DNA of 64,000 nucleotides from the NCBI GenBank assembly GCA_963721645.1, contig CAVRJK010000002.1, forward strand, positions 1,273,762-1,337,761, read 5' to 3'. The notes beneath the pieces were generated by a model, which was given only the letters and a program-made list of their open reading frames with translations, had not been told where the DNA came from and ran no database searches. Positions 47,446-55,793 of this stretch are shown one piece after another. Source of the DNA: an uncultured bacterium (GTDB taxonomy: Bacteria > Actinomycetota > Thermoleophilia > Solirubrobacterales > 70-9). The position numbers and the translations under genes were made by a program. The first letter of the stretch is position 1; every line of letters starts with the position of its first letter.

Positions 47446-48474
47446 TCAGCGCTCGTAAACCGACTCGAAGTAGCGGGAGAGGTCCGAGGCCGCTTCGCGG
47501 ACCGAGGCGATCGCTGTCGCGTAGTCCATGCGGGTCGGTCCCAGGACGCCGACGGTGCCGAGGTTTCGGTAGCCAAGTCCGTAATTGGCGCCGACGACGC
47601 TCACCGAGCGAAGCTCCGGCGCCGGGTTCTCCTCGCCTATCCAGACGAAGACGGAGCGCTCGTCGAGCGCCGACTGGAGCACTCGCAAGAGGTTGGCCCT
47701 TCCCTCGAGGACACCCATGAGCGATTCGATCTCGGGAAGATCAGGCGCGTGCTCGTCGGACAGCAGTCGCGATGCGCCGTCTACGTAGAGGTCCTCCCCA
47801 GCGCGGCGCTCGAGGTCGCTGAAGGCCGCCGCGATCTCCGCCAGGAAGCCGGACTCGGCGCGCGTGAGGGTGGGGTCGCCAATGCGGTCGCTGGTCATCC
47901 GGGCGCCAAGGGCGAGGCCCGACAGGCGCTCGTTCAGATAGCTCGACGCCCATTGAAGGAGCCCCGGGTCAAGCCGCTTCTCGAAGTTGAAGACCCGCTT
48001 CGCAACGGCGCCGTTCGTCGCGATGACAACGACCATTGCCACGGACGGCTGGAGCTGGAGGACCTCGACGCGGTGGATCCGGGCTGCGCTCGGGGGTGGT
48101 GCGGTTGCGACGGCCAGGAGATCGGTCATCTGGGACAGGGCCTGAGTCGTTTCGCGCATAGCGTCCTCGACCTCTCGGCGCATGCGCGTGAGCTCGATCT
48201 CCTCGGGCGCTTCGCCGGCAGCGGGAGGCGTTGTCTCGAGCAGGGCGTCCGCATAAAAGCGGTAGCCCCGATCCGTGGGGATCCGCCCGGCAGAGGTATG
48301 AGGATGCGTCAGGTAGCCGTCCGACTCAAGCGCGGCAAGTTCGTTCCGCACGGTGGATGCGCCCCAGGCGACGTCGTCTCGCTCAGAGATCGCCTTCGAG
48401 CCGATGGGCTTGCCGCAACGCAGGTACTCCTCTGCCACCAGCTCGAGAATCCGCTGTCGCCGTTCTGAAAGCAC
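47446..48474 (-). CDS. hrcA: Heat-inducible transcription repressor HrcA
   Basis: LSERRQRILELVAEEYL...PIGSKA...STVRNELAALE..GYL.HPHTSAGRIPT. Confidence 0.93.
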   Translation of the reverse strand: MLSERRQRILELVAEEYLRCGKPIGSKAISERDDVAWGASTVRNELAALESDGYLTHPHTSAGRIPTDRGYRFYADALLETTPPAAGEAPEEIELTRMRREVEDAMRETTQALSQMTDLLAVATAPPPSAARIHRVEVLQLQPSVAMVVVIATNGAVAKRVFNFEKRLDPGLLQWASSYLNERLSGLALGARMTSDRIGDPTLTRAESGFLAEIAAAFSDLERRAGEDLYVDGASRLLSDEHAPDLPEIESLMGVLEGRANLLRVLQSALDERSVFVWIGEENPAPELRSVSVVGANYGLGYRNLGTVGVLGPTRMDYATAIASVREAASDLSRYFESVYER

Positions 48475-48520
48475 CCGTCAAGTCTAGGTGCGGGGCGCGG
48501 GCCACCTCTAGGCTCCGAGC

Positions 48521-49084
48521 ATGGCCGACCCGATGGTCCTTCCCGATGACCTGCCGGCTCCGGAGGACGACGGTGCCGCCGACCACCTCCCGGGCGTGAA
48601 CGTGCCGCCCACATCTCTTCGGGCGACCGACGGCGAGGCGTATGACCTCGCCCTACTTGGCGGGCGGAGCATCGTCTACGCCTACCCATGGACCGGACGG
48701 CCGGGCCGGCCGCTCCTGAGCGAGGACTGGGATCTGATCCCCGGCGCTCGAGGGTGTACGCCAGAGGCCTGCGGGTTCCGCGACCACCATGCCGAGCTGG
48801 CGGCTCTCGGCGCGCGGGTGTTCGGCCTCTCGACCCAGGAGTCCGACTACCAGCGAGAGCTCGCGGAGCGCCTCTCGCTGCCGTTCCCGATCCTCTCGGA
48901 CAGCGACTTTGAGATGACCCGCGTCCTCAACCTGCCGACTTTCGAGGTGGCAGGCCGGACGCTCCTCAAGCGCCAGACGATCGTTGTCTGCGACGGCTCG
49001 ATCGAGCACGTCTTCTACCCCGTGTTCCCACCAGACCGTCACGCGGGCGAGGTAGTCCGCTGGCTGAAGGCCGCGACGCGCTAG
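48521..49084 (+). CDS. Peroxiredoxin-family protein (BCP/PrxQ-like)
   Basis: GCTPEACGFRD motif and SDSD...L thioredoxin-fold pattern. Confidence 0.7.
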   Translation: MADPMVLPDDLPAPEDDGAADHLPGVNVPPTSLRATDGEAYDLALLGGRSIVYAYPWTGRPGRPLLSEDWDLIPGARGCTPEACGFRDHHAELAALGARVFGLSTQESDYQRELAERLSLPFPILSDSDFEMTRVLNLPTFEVAGRTLLKRQTIVVCDGSIEHVFYPVFPPDRHAGEVVRWLKAATR

Positions 49085-49470
49085 ACCGCGAGTTCGGCGC
49101 TCGCGTTGCGGATGATGCGGTTCTCGCCCTGGGCTGCCTCGGTCTCGGTGACGATGCGGCCGTCAGTCGCCTCGGCAACCCGGGAGGTAACGACTACCTC
49201 CTGCTCGGGAAAACCCATCCCGCGAAACTGCACCTGGAGGCGCTTCAGGGCCATTGGGTCACCGACGGCCTCGCCGTGCGCCCGGGCAACCTGGGCCATC
49301 GACCACAGGCCGTGGAGGATGCAGCCGGGCAGGCCGACCTTCTTCGCGAACTCCTCGTCCACGTGGATCGGGTTTGGGTCGCCAGACGCCTCCGCGTAGC
49401 GCTTCGTGAGACCGGCGTCGGGAGTGACACGCATCTCGGGCAGATCGTCGCCCGCCTCAAAGCTCGTCAT
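49081..49470 (-). CDS. MaoC-like (R)-specific hydratase/dehydratase, catalytic hot-dog subunit (HadB-like)
   Basis: YAEASGDPNPIHVDEEFA hydratase-2 motif. ATG 49470 overlaps the upstream stop (ATGA). Confidence 0.8.
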   Translation of the reverse strand: MTSFEAGDDLPEMRVTPDAGLTKRYAEASGDPNPIHVDEEFAKKVGLPGCILHGLWSMAQVARAHGEAVGDPMALKRLQVQFRGMGFPEQEVVVTSRVAEATDGRIVTETEAAQGENRIIRNASAELAV

Positions 49471-49904
49471 CCGACCCCCCTCACGATGTTGGTCCAGGTC
49501 GCGCGAACGACCTCGGCACCATCCTGATTCACAGACACCGACTCGAAGACGTAAAAGCCCTTGCCCTCCCGCTCGTCGATGGACTTGCAAGTGACGGTGG
49601 TAGAGATTTCATCGCCCGCGCAAACCGGCTCGCCCCACACGAACTCCTGGCCACCGTGGACCATGGCAGCGAAGTTCATCTCAACCTCGGGATCGAAGAG
49701 CGCCGGGCCCATCGCGGGCGAGGAGTAAACGACGGCGAACATCGGCGGCGCGACCACGTCGCGGTAGCCCGCTTCGCGGGCCGAGTCGGCATCGCGGTGA
49801 ACCGGGCTCGACTCGCCGACGGCGTCGGCGTACTGGCCGATCCGCTCGGCCGTCACCTCGAAGGTGGCGGGGTCCCACGACTTGCCCGCAGCATCGGTTT
49901 TCAA
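49467..49904 (-). CDS. MaoC-N/FAS1-like hot-dog dehydratase partner subunit (HadA-like)
   Basis: YADAVGESSPVHRD...APPMFAVVY. TTG start with GAGGTG 7 nt upstream. Confidence 0.7.
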   Translation of the reverse strand: MKTDAAGKSWDPATFEVTAERIGQYADAVGESSPVHRDADSAREAGYRDVVAPPMFAVVYSSPAMGPALFDPEVEMNFAAMVHGGQEFVWGEPVCAGDEISTTVTCKSIDEREGKGFYVFESVSVNQDGAEVVRATWTNIVRGVG

Positions 49905-50000
49905 CGCCGGGCACCTCTAGGTGCGAAAGCAACAGGTGCAGGTAGGTGATTCAGTGCCATCGGCGCCGCATCCTAATCGCTCAAGAGCGATCGCGCCGAG

Positions 50001-51794
50001 TCACTGATCGAGCTCCAGCACAGCCAGGAACGCCTCTTGGGGGACCTCGACGCGGCCGACCTGCTTCATCCGCTTCTTGCCCTTCTTCTGCTTTTCGAGA
50101 AGCTTCCGCTTTCGCGTCACGTCGCCTCCGTAGAGCTTGGCCGTAACGTCCTTGCGAAGCGCCTTGACCGTCTCGCGCGCGAGCACGCGAGACCCCACAG
50201 CGGCCTGGACGGGGACGTCGAACTGCTGCCGCGGGATCGTCTTGCGAAGGCGCTCAACCAGGACCTTGCCGGCGTCATATGCCTTGTCTCGGTGGACGAT
50301 GATCGAGAGCGCGTCCACCGGATCGCCCGCGAGCAGCACGTCCAGCTTGACCAGGTCTGACTCGGCCATCCCTGTCGGCTCGTAGTCGAGCGACGCGTAG
50401 CCGGCGGTGCGGGACTTGAGCTGATCGAAGAAGTCCAAGACGATCTCGCCGAGCGGCAGGTCGTAGCGGAGCTGGACGCGCTCGGCCGAGAGGTAGTGCA
50501 TATCCACGTGCGTGCCGCGGCGCTCCTGGCAGAGCTCCATGACCGCGCCGATCTTGTCCGAGGGGCACAAAACGCTGGCGCGGATGTACGGCTCGGAGAT
50601 CCGGAGGATCGACCCAGGGTCAGGAAGGTCCACGGGCGAGTGGACTTCGACGACCTCGTCACCGATGAGCTCGACCTCATAGCTCACATTCGGCGTCGTC
50701 GCGAGCATCTCCAGGTCGTACTCGCGCTCGAGCCGCTCACGGATGATGTCCATGTGGAGTAGGCCGAGGAAGCCGCAGCGAAAGCCGAAGCCGAGCGCCT
50801 GCGAGGTCTCCGGCTCGTACGAGAGCGCTGCATCGTTCAGAGACAGCTTGTCGAGGGCCTCGCGGAGATCCTCGTAGCGCTCGGTCTCGATCGGAAAGAG
50901 GCCGCAGAACACCATCGGCTTGACCTCGCGATAACCGGGGAGTGGCTCTGTCGTCGTGCTGCCGCTGGTTGTGAGGGTGTCGCCCACGCGAAGCTTCGAA
51001 ACGTCCTTGAGCCCTGTGATCACGTAGCCCACCTCGCCCGCGGCCATCGCCGGCGCGGCCACCATCTGCGGCTTGAAAAAGCCGATCTCGTCGATCTCTG
51101 CCTGCGTGCCGGTCTGCATCGCACGGATCTCCTCGCCCTTGCGGAAGGCCCCGTCGACCGTTCGCACGTAGGCGATCACGCCGCGGTACTGGTCGAATTC
51201 CGAGTCGAAGATGAGCGCGCGAGGCTCAGCCCGAGGCTCGCCCCGAGGAGGCGGGATGCGCTTGACGATCGCTTCCAGGACCTCCGGCACCCCCAGCCCG
51301 GTCTTCGCCGAGATGTGGAGCACGTCTGAGGCCTCGCCACCGATCAGGTCGAGGATCTCGCCCGTCACGCGCTCTGGCTCCGCGCCCGGGAGATCGACCT
51401 TGTTGAGGATCGGGATGAGCTCGAGCCCCGCTTCGATCGCCGCATACGTGTTCGCCACCGTCTGCGCCTCGACTCCCTGGGCAGCGTCCACGACGAGGAG
51501 CGCTCCCTCGCACGCGGCGAGAGAGCGGGAAACCTCATAGGAAAAGTCGACATGGCCGGGGGTGTCGATCAGATGGAGGTGATAGGTCTCGCCATCCTCG
51601 GCCGAGTAATCCACACGCACCGCCTGTGCCTTGATCGTGATCCCACGCTCACGCTCGAGGTCCATCGAGTCGAGCATCTGCGGGACGTGTGTGCGGGCAT
51701 CGACGGACCCGGTCACCTCGAGAATGCGGTCCGCCAGCGTCGACTTGCCGTGGTCGATGTGGGCGATGATCGAGAAGTTGCGGATGCGCTCCAT
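50001..51794 (-). CDS. lepA: Translation elongation factor 4 (LepA)
   Basis: [32 protein letters not shown], and the LepA C-terminal domain. Confidence 0.97.
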   Translation of the reverse strand: MERIRNFSIIAHIDHGKSTLADRILEVTGSVDARTHVPQMLDSMDLERERGITIKAQAVRVDYSAEDGETYHLHLIDTPGHVDFSYEVSRSLAACEGALLVVDAAQGVEAQTVANTYAAIEAGLELIPILNKVDLPGAEPERVTGEILDLIGGEASDVLHISAKTGLGVPEVLEAIVKRIPPPRGEPRAEPRALIFDSEFDQYRGVIAYVRTVDGAFRKGEEIRAMQTGTQAEIDEIGFFKPQMVAAPAMAAGEVGYVITGLKDVSKLRVGDTLTTSGSTTTEPLPGYREVKPMVFCGLFPIETERYEDLREALDKLSLNDAALSYEPETSQALGFGFRCGFLGLLHMDIIRERLEREYDLEMLATTPNVSYEVELIGDEVVEVHSPVDLPDPGSILRISEPYIRASVLCPSDKIGAVMELCQERRGTHVDMHYLSAERVQLRYDLPLGEIVLDFFDQLKSRTAGYASLDYEPTGMAESDLVKLDVLLAGDPVDALSIIVHRDKAYDAGKVLVERLRKTIPRQQFDVPVQAAVGSRVLARETVKALRKDVTAKLYGGDVTRKRKLLEKQKKGKKRMKQVGRVEVPQEAFLAVLELDQ

Positions 51795-51828
51795 GCCGCG
51801 GCTGAGTATGGAGGGTGAGCGCGCGGTC

Positions 51829-52494
51829 CTAGAGAGGCTTCGGAATCGACTCCCAGTCCTTGAGCGAAGGCAGGGGATCGCTCGCCTCGCCGATCATGCC
51901 CTTGCCGGCACGGATCTCGAAGTGGAGATGATCGCCCGAGCAGGAGCCCGTGCAACCGACGGCGCCGACCAGCTTGCCGGCCTCGACCCGATCGCCGACC
52001 TGAAGCGAAGTGGGTTCGACCATGTGCATGTAGATGAAGGTGCGGTCGCCCTCGGGGTCGTAGAGGTGGATGTAGTTGCCCTGGCCGCCGTCTGAGCCCG
52101 CATCGGCCACCACGCCGTCGGTCACAGCAACGAGCGGGGTGCCCGAGGCGGCGAACATGTCGTGGCCCGAGTGCACATGGCCGGAGCGCGCAGCTCCGAA
52201 CGCGTTCTCGGGCGTGCCGTAGTCGACGCCGCCGACAACCGGCACGAAGGGGCCTGGATTCGATCGCTCTTCCCGGGCGGCCCTGCGCCGGCGCTCGGCG
52301 CGAGCGGCCAGGCGCTCGTCGCGCGCCAGATCAGCCTGGCGGATCGCGATGGCAGCGGGTGAGCCGGGAGAGACGACCCGCAGGGCCTCGGCAGGCTCGG
52401 AGCTCTGAGCCCCGGCGGCCAGCGCGGGGGTCGCGACGGCGACGGCGGTAGTGGCAGTTATGAGCAGTCGGGTTTTGAAGCGCGGGTACGACAT
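51829..52494 (-). CDS. Secreted M23-family metallopeptidase
   Basis: Signal peptide. HSGHDM...GNYIHLY...GDHLHFEI (HxxxD and HxH motifs). Confidence 0.88.
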   Translation of the reverse strand: MSYPRFKTRLLITATTAVAVATPALAAGAQSSEPAEALRVVSPGSPAAIAIRQADLARDERLAARAERRRRAAREERSNPGPFVPVVGGVDYGTPENAFGAARSGHVHSGHDMFAASGTPLVAVTDGVVADAGSDGGQGNYIHLYDPEGDRTFIYMHMVEPTSLQVGDRVEAGKLVGAVGCTGSCSGDHLHFEIRAGKGMIGEASDPLPSLKDWESIPKPL

Positions 52495-52656
52495 GAGGGA
52501 ATCACCTCTCTGGTCGGGGCGCGGAACTCGCGCCGTGGGGCGCCGGTCTGGCGCCCTGAGCGCCAGGATCGGCGCCCAAGTCCCCCGCGGCGCCTGCCTT
52601 CGGGGCAGGACGCGAAAATGCGGGTTACGGGGAACTACACCCTGACCGGGTCAAGT
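52495..52656 (-). promoter_or_regulatory. Long GC-rich, multi-hairpin 5' leader of the M23 peptidase gene (candidate cis-regulatory RNA; class unassigned)
   Basis: Minus-strand hairpins cctgcc-ccgaa-ggcagg, gcgcc-gatcct-ggcgc and gcgcg-agttc-cgcgc, the element CGCGGGGGAC, and SD GAGAGGTGA 8 nt before the ATG. Confidence 0.3.
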
Positions 52657-52681
52657 AACAAATGTGTGACCGGAGTCACAC
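52657..52681 (-). terminator. Rho-independent terminator candidate after murJ
   Basis: Minus strand GUGUGAC-uccg-GUCACAC followed by AUUUGUU. Confidence 0.55.
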
Positions 52682-52743
52682 ACGCTTTGCTTGCAATAGA
52701 CCGCCCGCAGGCGTCGTTGGCGCGCTTGACCCGGCTTCCGGCC

Positions 52744-54405
52744 TCAGCTCTCGCGGCGACGGAGGATCCCGAACACCTGCGCCATCTCGGGCACCCGCAA
52801 GATGGTGAGAGCGGCGCCGTAGGTAATCGCGCCCGCCGCCAGAGCGACGCCTAGCGAGATGATCTGGCCGCCGAGCCCGCGGCCCAGGGCCTCGTCGAGC
52901 GCGTCCCATGTGAAGTAGGAGACGGCGGCCAGAAGAGCTGCTGACAAGACGATGCGCGATCCGGACCATAAAAGCTGCCCCAACTCGAGCCGTCCGAGCT
53001 CACGGTGGAGGATCGCCCCTCCCACGAGCACGCTCATGATCGTTGCGAGCCCCGTTGCCGCAACGATCCCTCCGACCCCATAGGGCTCGTAGAGGATGAA
53101 CGCGGCGCCGGCCGTGACCAGGAGGTTGGCGGCACCGACAAGCGTCGGCACCCAGGGCCTCTGGAGGCTGAAGAAGGTGCGGGTCTGGAGCAGGAAGACA
53201 CCGCTGAATGGCAGCGAGAACGCAAACCAGAACAGCGCCTCGGAAACAAGGTCCGTTGACGCCGCGTCAAAGGCGCCCCGCTCATACACAAGGCGCGTCA
53301 TCGGCTCGGCGAGGACGAGGATCGCCGCTGCCGCCGGCACCAGGAGCAGCAGGATCTGGCGGGTTCCGTTCGCCATCGCTGCACGCAGCCGCGTGAAGTC
53401 CGAGCGTGCCGCAAAGCGCGCCAGGGTCGGGAAGAGGACGGTCGCGATCGCGACCGAGAAGACGCCCTGAGGGAGCATGTAGATGCGAAACGCCTTGTCG
53501 ATCGCCGCGGGCGCCTGGTCGGAGACCAAAAAGCCGATGGACGAGTTGATGAGGAGGTTGACGTTGATGAGGCCGAGCGAGATCGTCACCGGCAGCATCA
53601 AGACGAGGATGCGGCGCACATTCGAGTCGTGCCAGTCGGCACGCCGGAAGCTGAGTAGCGCCCTTCCCGCGCGACGCAGACCGAAAGGTGTGTTCCTGAG
53701 GTCCCAGACCGGGATCGCGAGCTGAACGACGGTGCCCGCCAGCACCGCCACCGCGTACGCGTAGATCTCGTCCTCCTCCGGGAATGCCGGGGCAAGGCCG
53801 ACGAGCACAGAGATGATCACGACGTTCCAAAAGAACGGCGCGATCGCCATCGCCCCGAAGCGGTCGAAGGAGTTCAGGATTCCGACGACCATGCCGGTGG
53901 TGCCGAGAAGCACGATGATCGGGAAGAGAAGCCGTGACAGCGTGACGGTCAGATCGGTGACGTCGACGGACTGATCCGGAACGAAGAGCGGCATGATGAC
54001 GGGCGCCAGCAGGATGAAAACGGCCGTCAGCGCGCCGAGGATCGCCGTCACCAAGAAGATGAGGGTGGAGGCGAGCCGGAAGGCCTCGCGGCGATTTCCC
54101 TGCTCGAGCTGCTCGGTGAAGACGGGAACGAAGGCTGCCTGGATGGCGGCGTCCGCGAAGAGGCTCCGCACGAGGTTCGGAACCTGGAAGGCGATCGTGA
54201 AGGCCGACATCTGCGCGGTGATGCCGAAATACGAGGCGGCCACGATCTCGCGCACGAGCCCGGCGATGCGCGAAAGGGCGGTTGCCGCCGAAAACATGGC
54301 CGTCGAGCGCGCAAGGCGCCCGGCGCGGCGCGGCTCGGTCGGCTGATCGGGCCCGGCTACGGCTTCGGCCGCGACCTCCTCGTCGAGTTCTTCGTCCTCG
54401 CTCAC
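52744..54405 (-). CDS. murJ: Lipid II flippase MurJ (MviN)
   Basis: SRIAGLVREIVAASYFG, FQVPNLVR, about 14 TM segments. Confidence 0.9.
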   Translation of the reverse strand: MSEDEELDEEVAAEAVAGPDQPTEPRRAGRLARSTAMFSAATALSRIAGLVREIVAASYFGITAQMSAFTIAFQVPNLVRSLFADAAIQAAFVPVFTEQLEQGNRREAFRLASTLIFLVTAILGALTAVFILLAPVIMPLFVPDQSVDVTDLTVTLSRLLFPIIVLLGTTGMVVGILNSFDRFGAMAIAPFFWNVVIISVLVGLAPAFPEEDEIYAYAVAVLAGTVVQLAIPVWDLRNTPFGLRRAGRALLSFRRADWHDSNVRRILVLMLPVTISLGLINVNLLINSSIGFLVSDQAPAAIDKAFRIYMLPQGVFSVAIATVLFPTLARFAARSDFTRLRAAMANGTRQILLLLVPAAAAILVLAEPMTRLVYERGAFDAASTDLVSEALFWFAFSLPFSGVFLLQTRTFFSLQRPWVPTLVGAANLLVTAGAAFILYEPYGVGGIVAATGLATIMSVLVGGAILHRELGRLELGQLLWSGSRIVLSAALLAAVSYFTWDALDEALGRGLGGQIISLGVALAAGAITYGAALTILRVPEMAQVFGILRRRES

Positions 54406-54429
54406 GCCGCTATCATCCGCCGTCGCTCA

Positions 54430-54696
54430 ATGGCCAATATCGCCTCACAACGCAAGCGCAACGCCCGCACCATTCGCGAGCGGACCGAGAACCGCCACTT
54501 CACCGGCGCGGTCAAGACGCAATTCAAGCGCCTCGAGGCGGCTGTCGCCGAGGGCAATTCCGAGACCGCCGACGCCGAGCACAGCTCGCTCGTCTCGAAG
54601 ATCGACAAGGCCGTTCAGAAGGGCGCTATCCACCGGAACACCGGCGCCCGCAAGAAGGCCCGCGCTGCGCGCCTGCGCGCCGGCTCGACCTCCTAG
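54430..54696 (+). CDS. rpsT: 30S ribosomal protein S20
   Basis: MANIASQRKRNARTIRERTENRH...IHRNTGARKK. Confidence 0.95.
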   Translation: MANIASQRKRNARTIRERTENRHFTGAVKTQFKRLEAAVAEGNSETADAEHSSLVSKIDKAVQKGAIHRNTGARKKARAARLRAGSTS

Positions 54697-54716
54697 GCCG
54701 GAACCGCCTCCCGCTT

Positions 54717-55793
54717 TCACCCGCCTCCGCGCGTGGCTCTCGCCACGGCGAGCGCCAGCGCGACCTCCTCGGGGTAGTCGGAGCCACCCCGGGTCCACCA
54801 CTCCAGATCTGCGACCGCGCACGTTGATGCGCGAAGGGTCGTCGTGCTGGCCCCCTTGACGCGGCGAAGGAGCAACTTCGCCGCGTAGGGATGCATCGGG
54901 AGCGATGCTTCCAGCTCTCGCGGTGTGCGGCCCGCCTCGAGCCCGGCAAGCGCAAGCCGTGCCTCGCGCAGTCGTTTTGCCATCTGATAGACGAGCGGGG
55001 TCACCGACTCGCCCTGACCCGAGAGGCGCGCGGCGGCGGCGGCGGCGGCGGGGCGGTCGCGGTCGACGATCGCGTCGGAGAGTGTCCACATGACCTCCTC
55101 GGAGGTGTCCGCGATCATCGCTTCCAGATCCTCAACCGTCACCCGTCCCCCCTCGCCCGCCCACGCGGCGAGCCGGTCGAGTTCGGTCTGAAGCCGCAGG
55201 GTCGAGTTGCCCATGCGCTCGACAAGCAAGGAGGCCGCGTCGGGAGTGAGGCTGAAGCCGCGCTTCTCGGCGTCCTGGCGCAGGCGCGAAGGCAGGTCGC
55301 GCACCTTGGGCGCGTCGCAGCGGCGGACCTCGCCGCCGGGGGCCTTGGTCACGGCGTCGACGAGCACCTTCGGCGCCTTTGGCTTGGGCGAAGCCTCGCG
55401 AGCGACGAAGACGATGGTGAGATCGGGCGGCAGCGACTCGAGCGCCGCAGCAACCGGCTTCGCCTGAGTTGCGCTCCAACGCTCGACCCCGTCGGCCAGA
55501 AGGAAGCGCCGGGATGCCGTGAGCGACATGGCCGGGATCGCACCGATCAACGCCTCGGCATCAGGCACACCGTCCGCGCCGAACGACTCGAGCGCCCCGG
55601 GCCCTCCTTCGCTCTCGGCACGGGCGCGCAACCGTGACAGCATCGCGTCGATCTTGCCGGCATCGTCGCCTGCGAACAGGTAGACAGGAGCGAGATCAGC
55701 CAAGTCGACTATGAGCAGCTTTGCTGCGAAGAATCGTGTGCCGGAAGATGCCCTGACCCTACCTGCGAGCCCCGACGTGTCATGGCTCGGCAA
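54717..55793 (-). CDS. holA: DNA polymerase III delta subunit
   Basis: APVYLFAGDD..., and the conserved position after comEC and opposite rpsT. Alternative start at TTG 55703 (MADLAPVYLF). Confidence 0.75.
   Translation of the reverse strand: MPSHDTSGLAGRVRASSGTRFFAAKLLIVDLADLAPVYLFAGDDAGKIDAMLSRLRARAESEGGPGALESFGADGVPDAEALIGAIPAMSLTASRRFLLADGVERWSATQAKPVAAALESLPPDLTIVFVAREASPKPKAPKVLVDAVTKAPGGEVRRCDAPKVRDLPSRLRQDAEKRGFSLTPDAASLLVERMGNSTLRLQTELDRLAAWAGEGGRVTVEDLEAMIADTSEEVMWTLSDAIVDRDRPAAAAAAARLSGQGESVTPLVYQMAKRLREARLALAGLEAGRTPRELEASLPMHPYAAKLLLRRVKGASTTTLRASTCAVADLEWWTRGGSDYPEEVALALAVARATRGGG

Noticed and set aside
48475-48520. CIRCE operator upstream of hrcA
   Set aside because: There is no TTAGCACTC-N9-GAGTGCTAA-like sequence. 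The only AGCAC/GTGCT pairs nearby, at 41424-41455, have the wrong spacing (16 nt) and lie elsewhere.
52495-52656. Assignment of the M23 leader to the c-di-AMP (ydaO) riboswitch class
   Set aside because: GCGGGGGAC-like and GGUGAUUCC-like strings are present, but in the wrong order. The latter is the Shine-Dalgarno region. The conserved 3' block CCCGNNCCCGNCAGCUAACC is absent. I kept it only as an unclassified structured leader.
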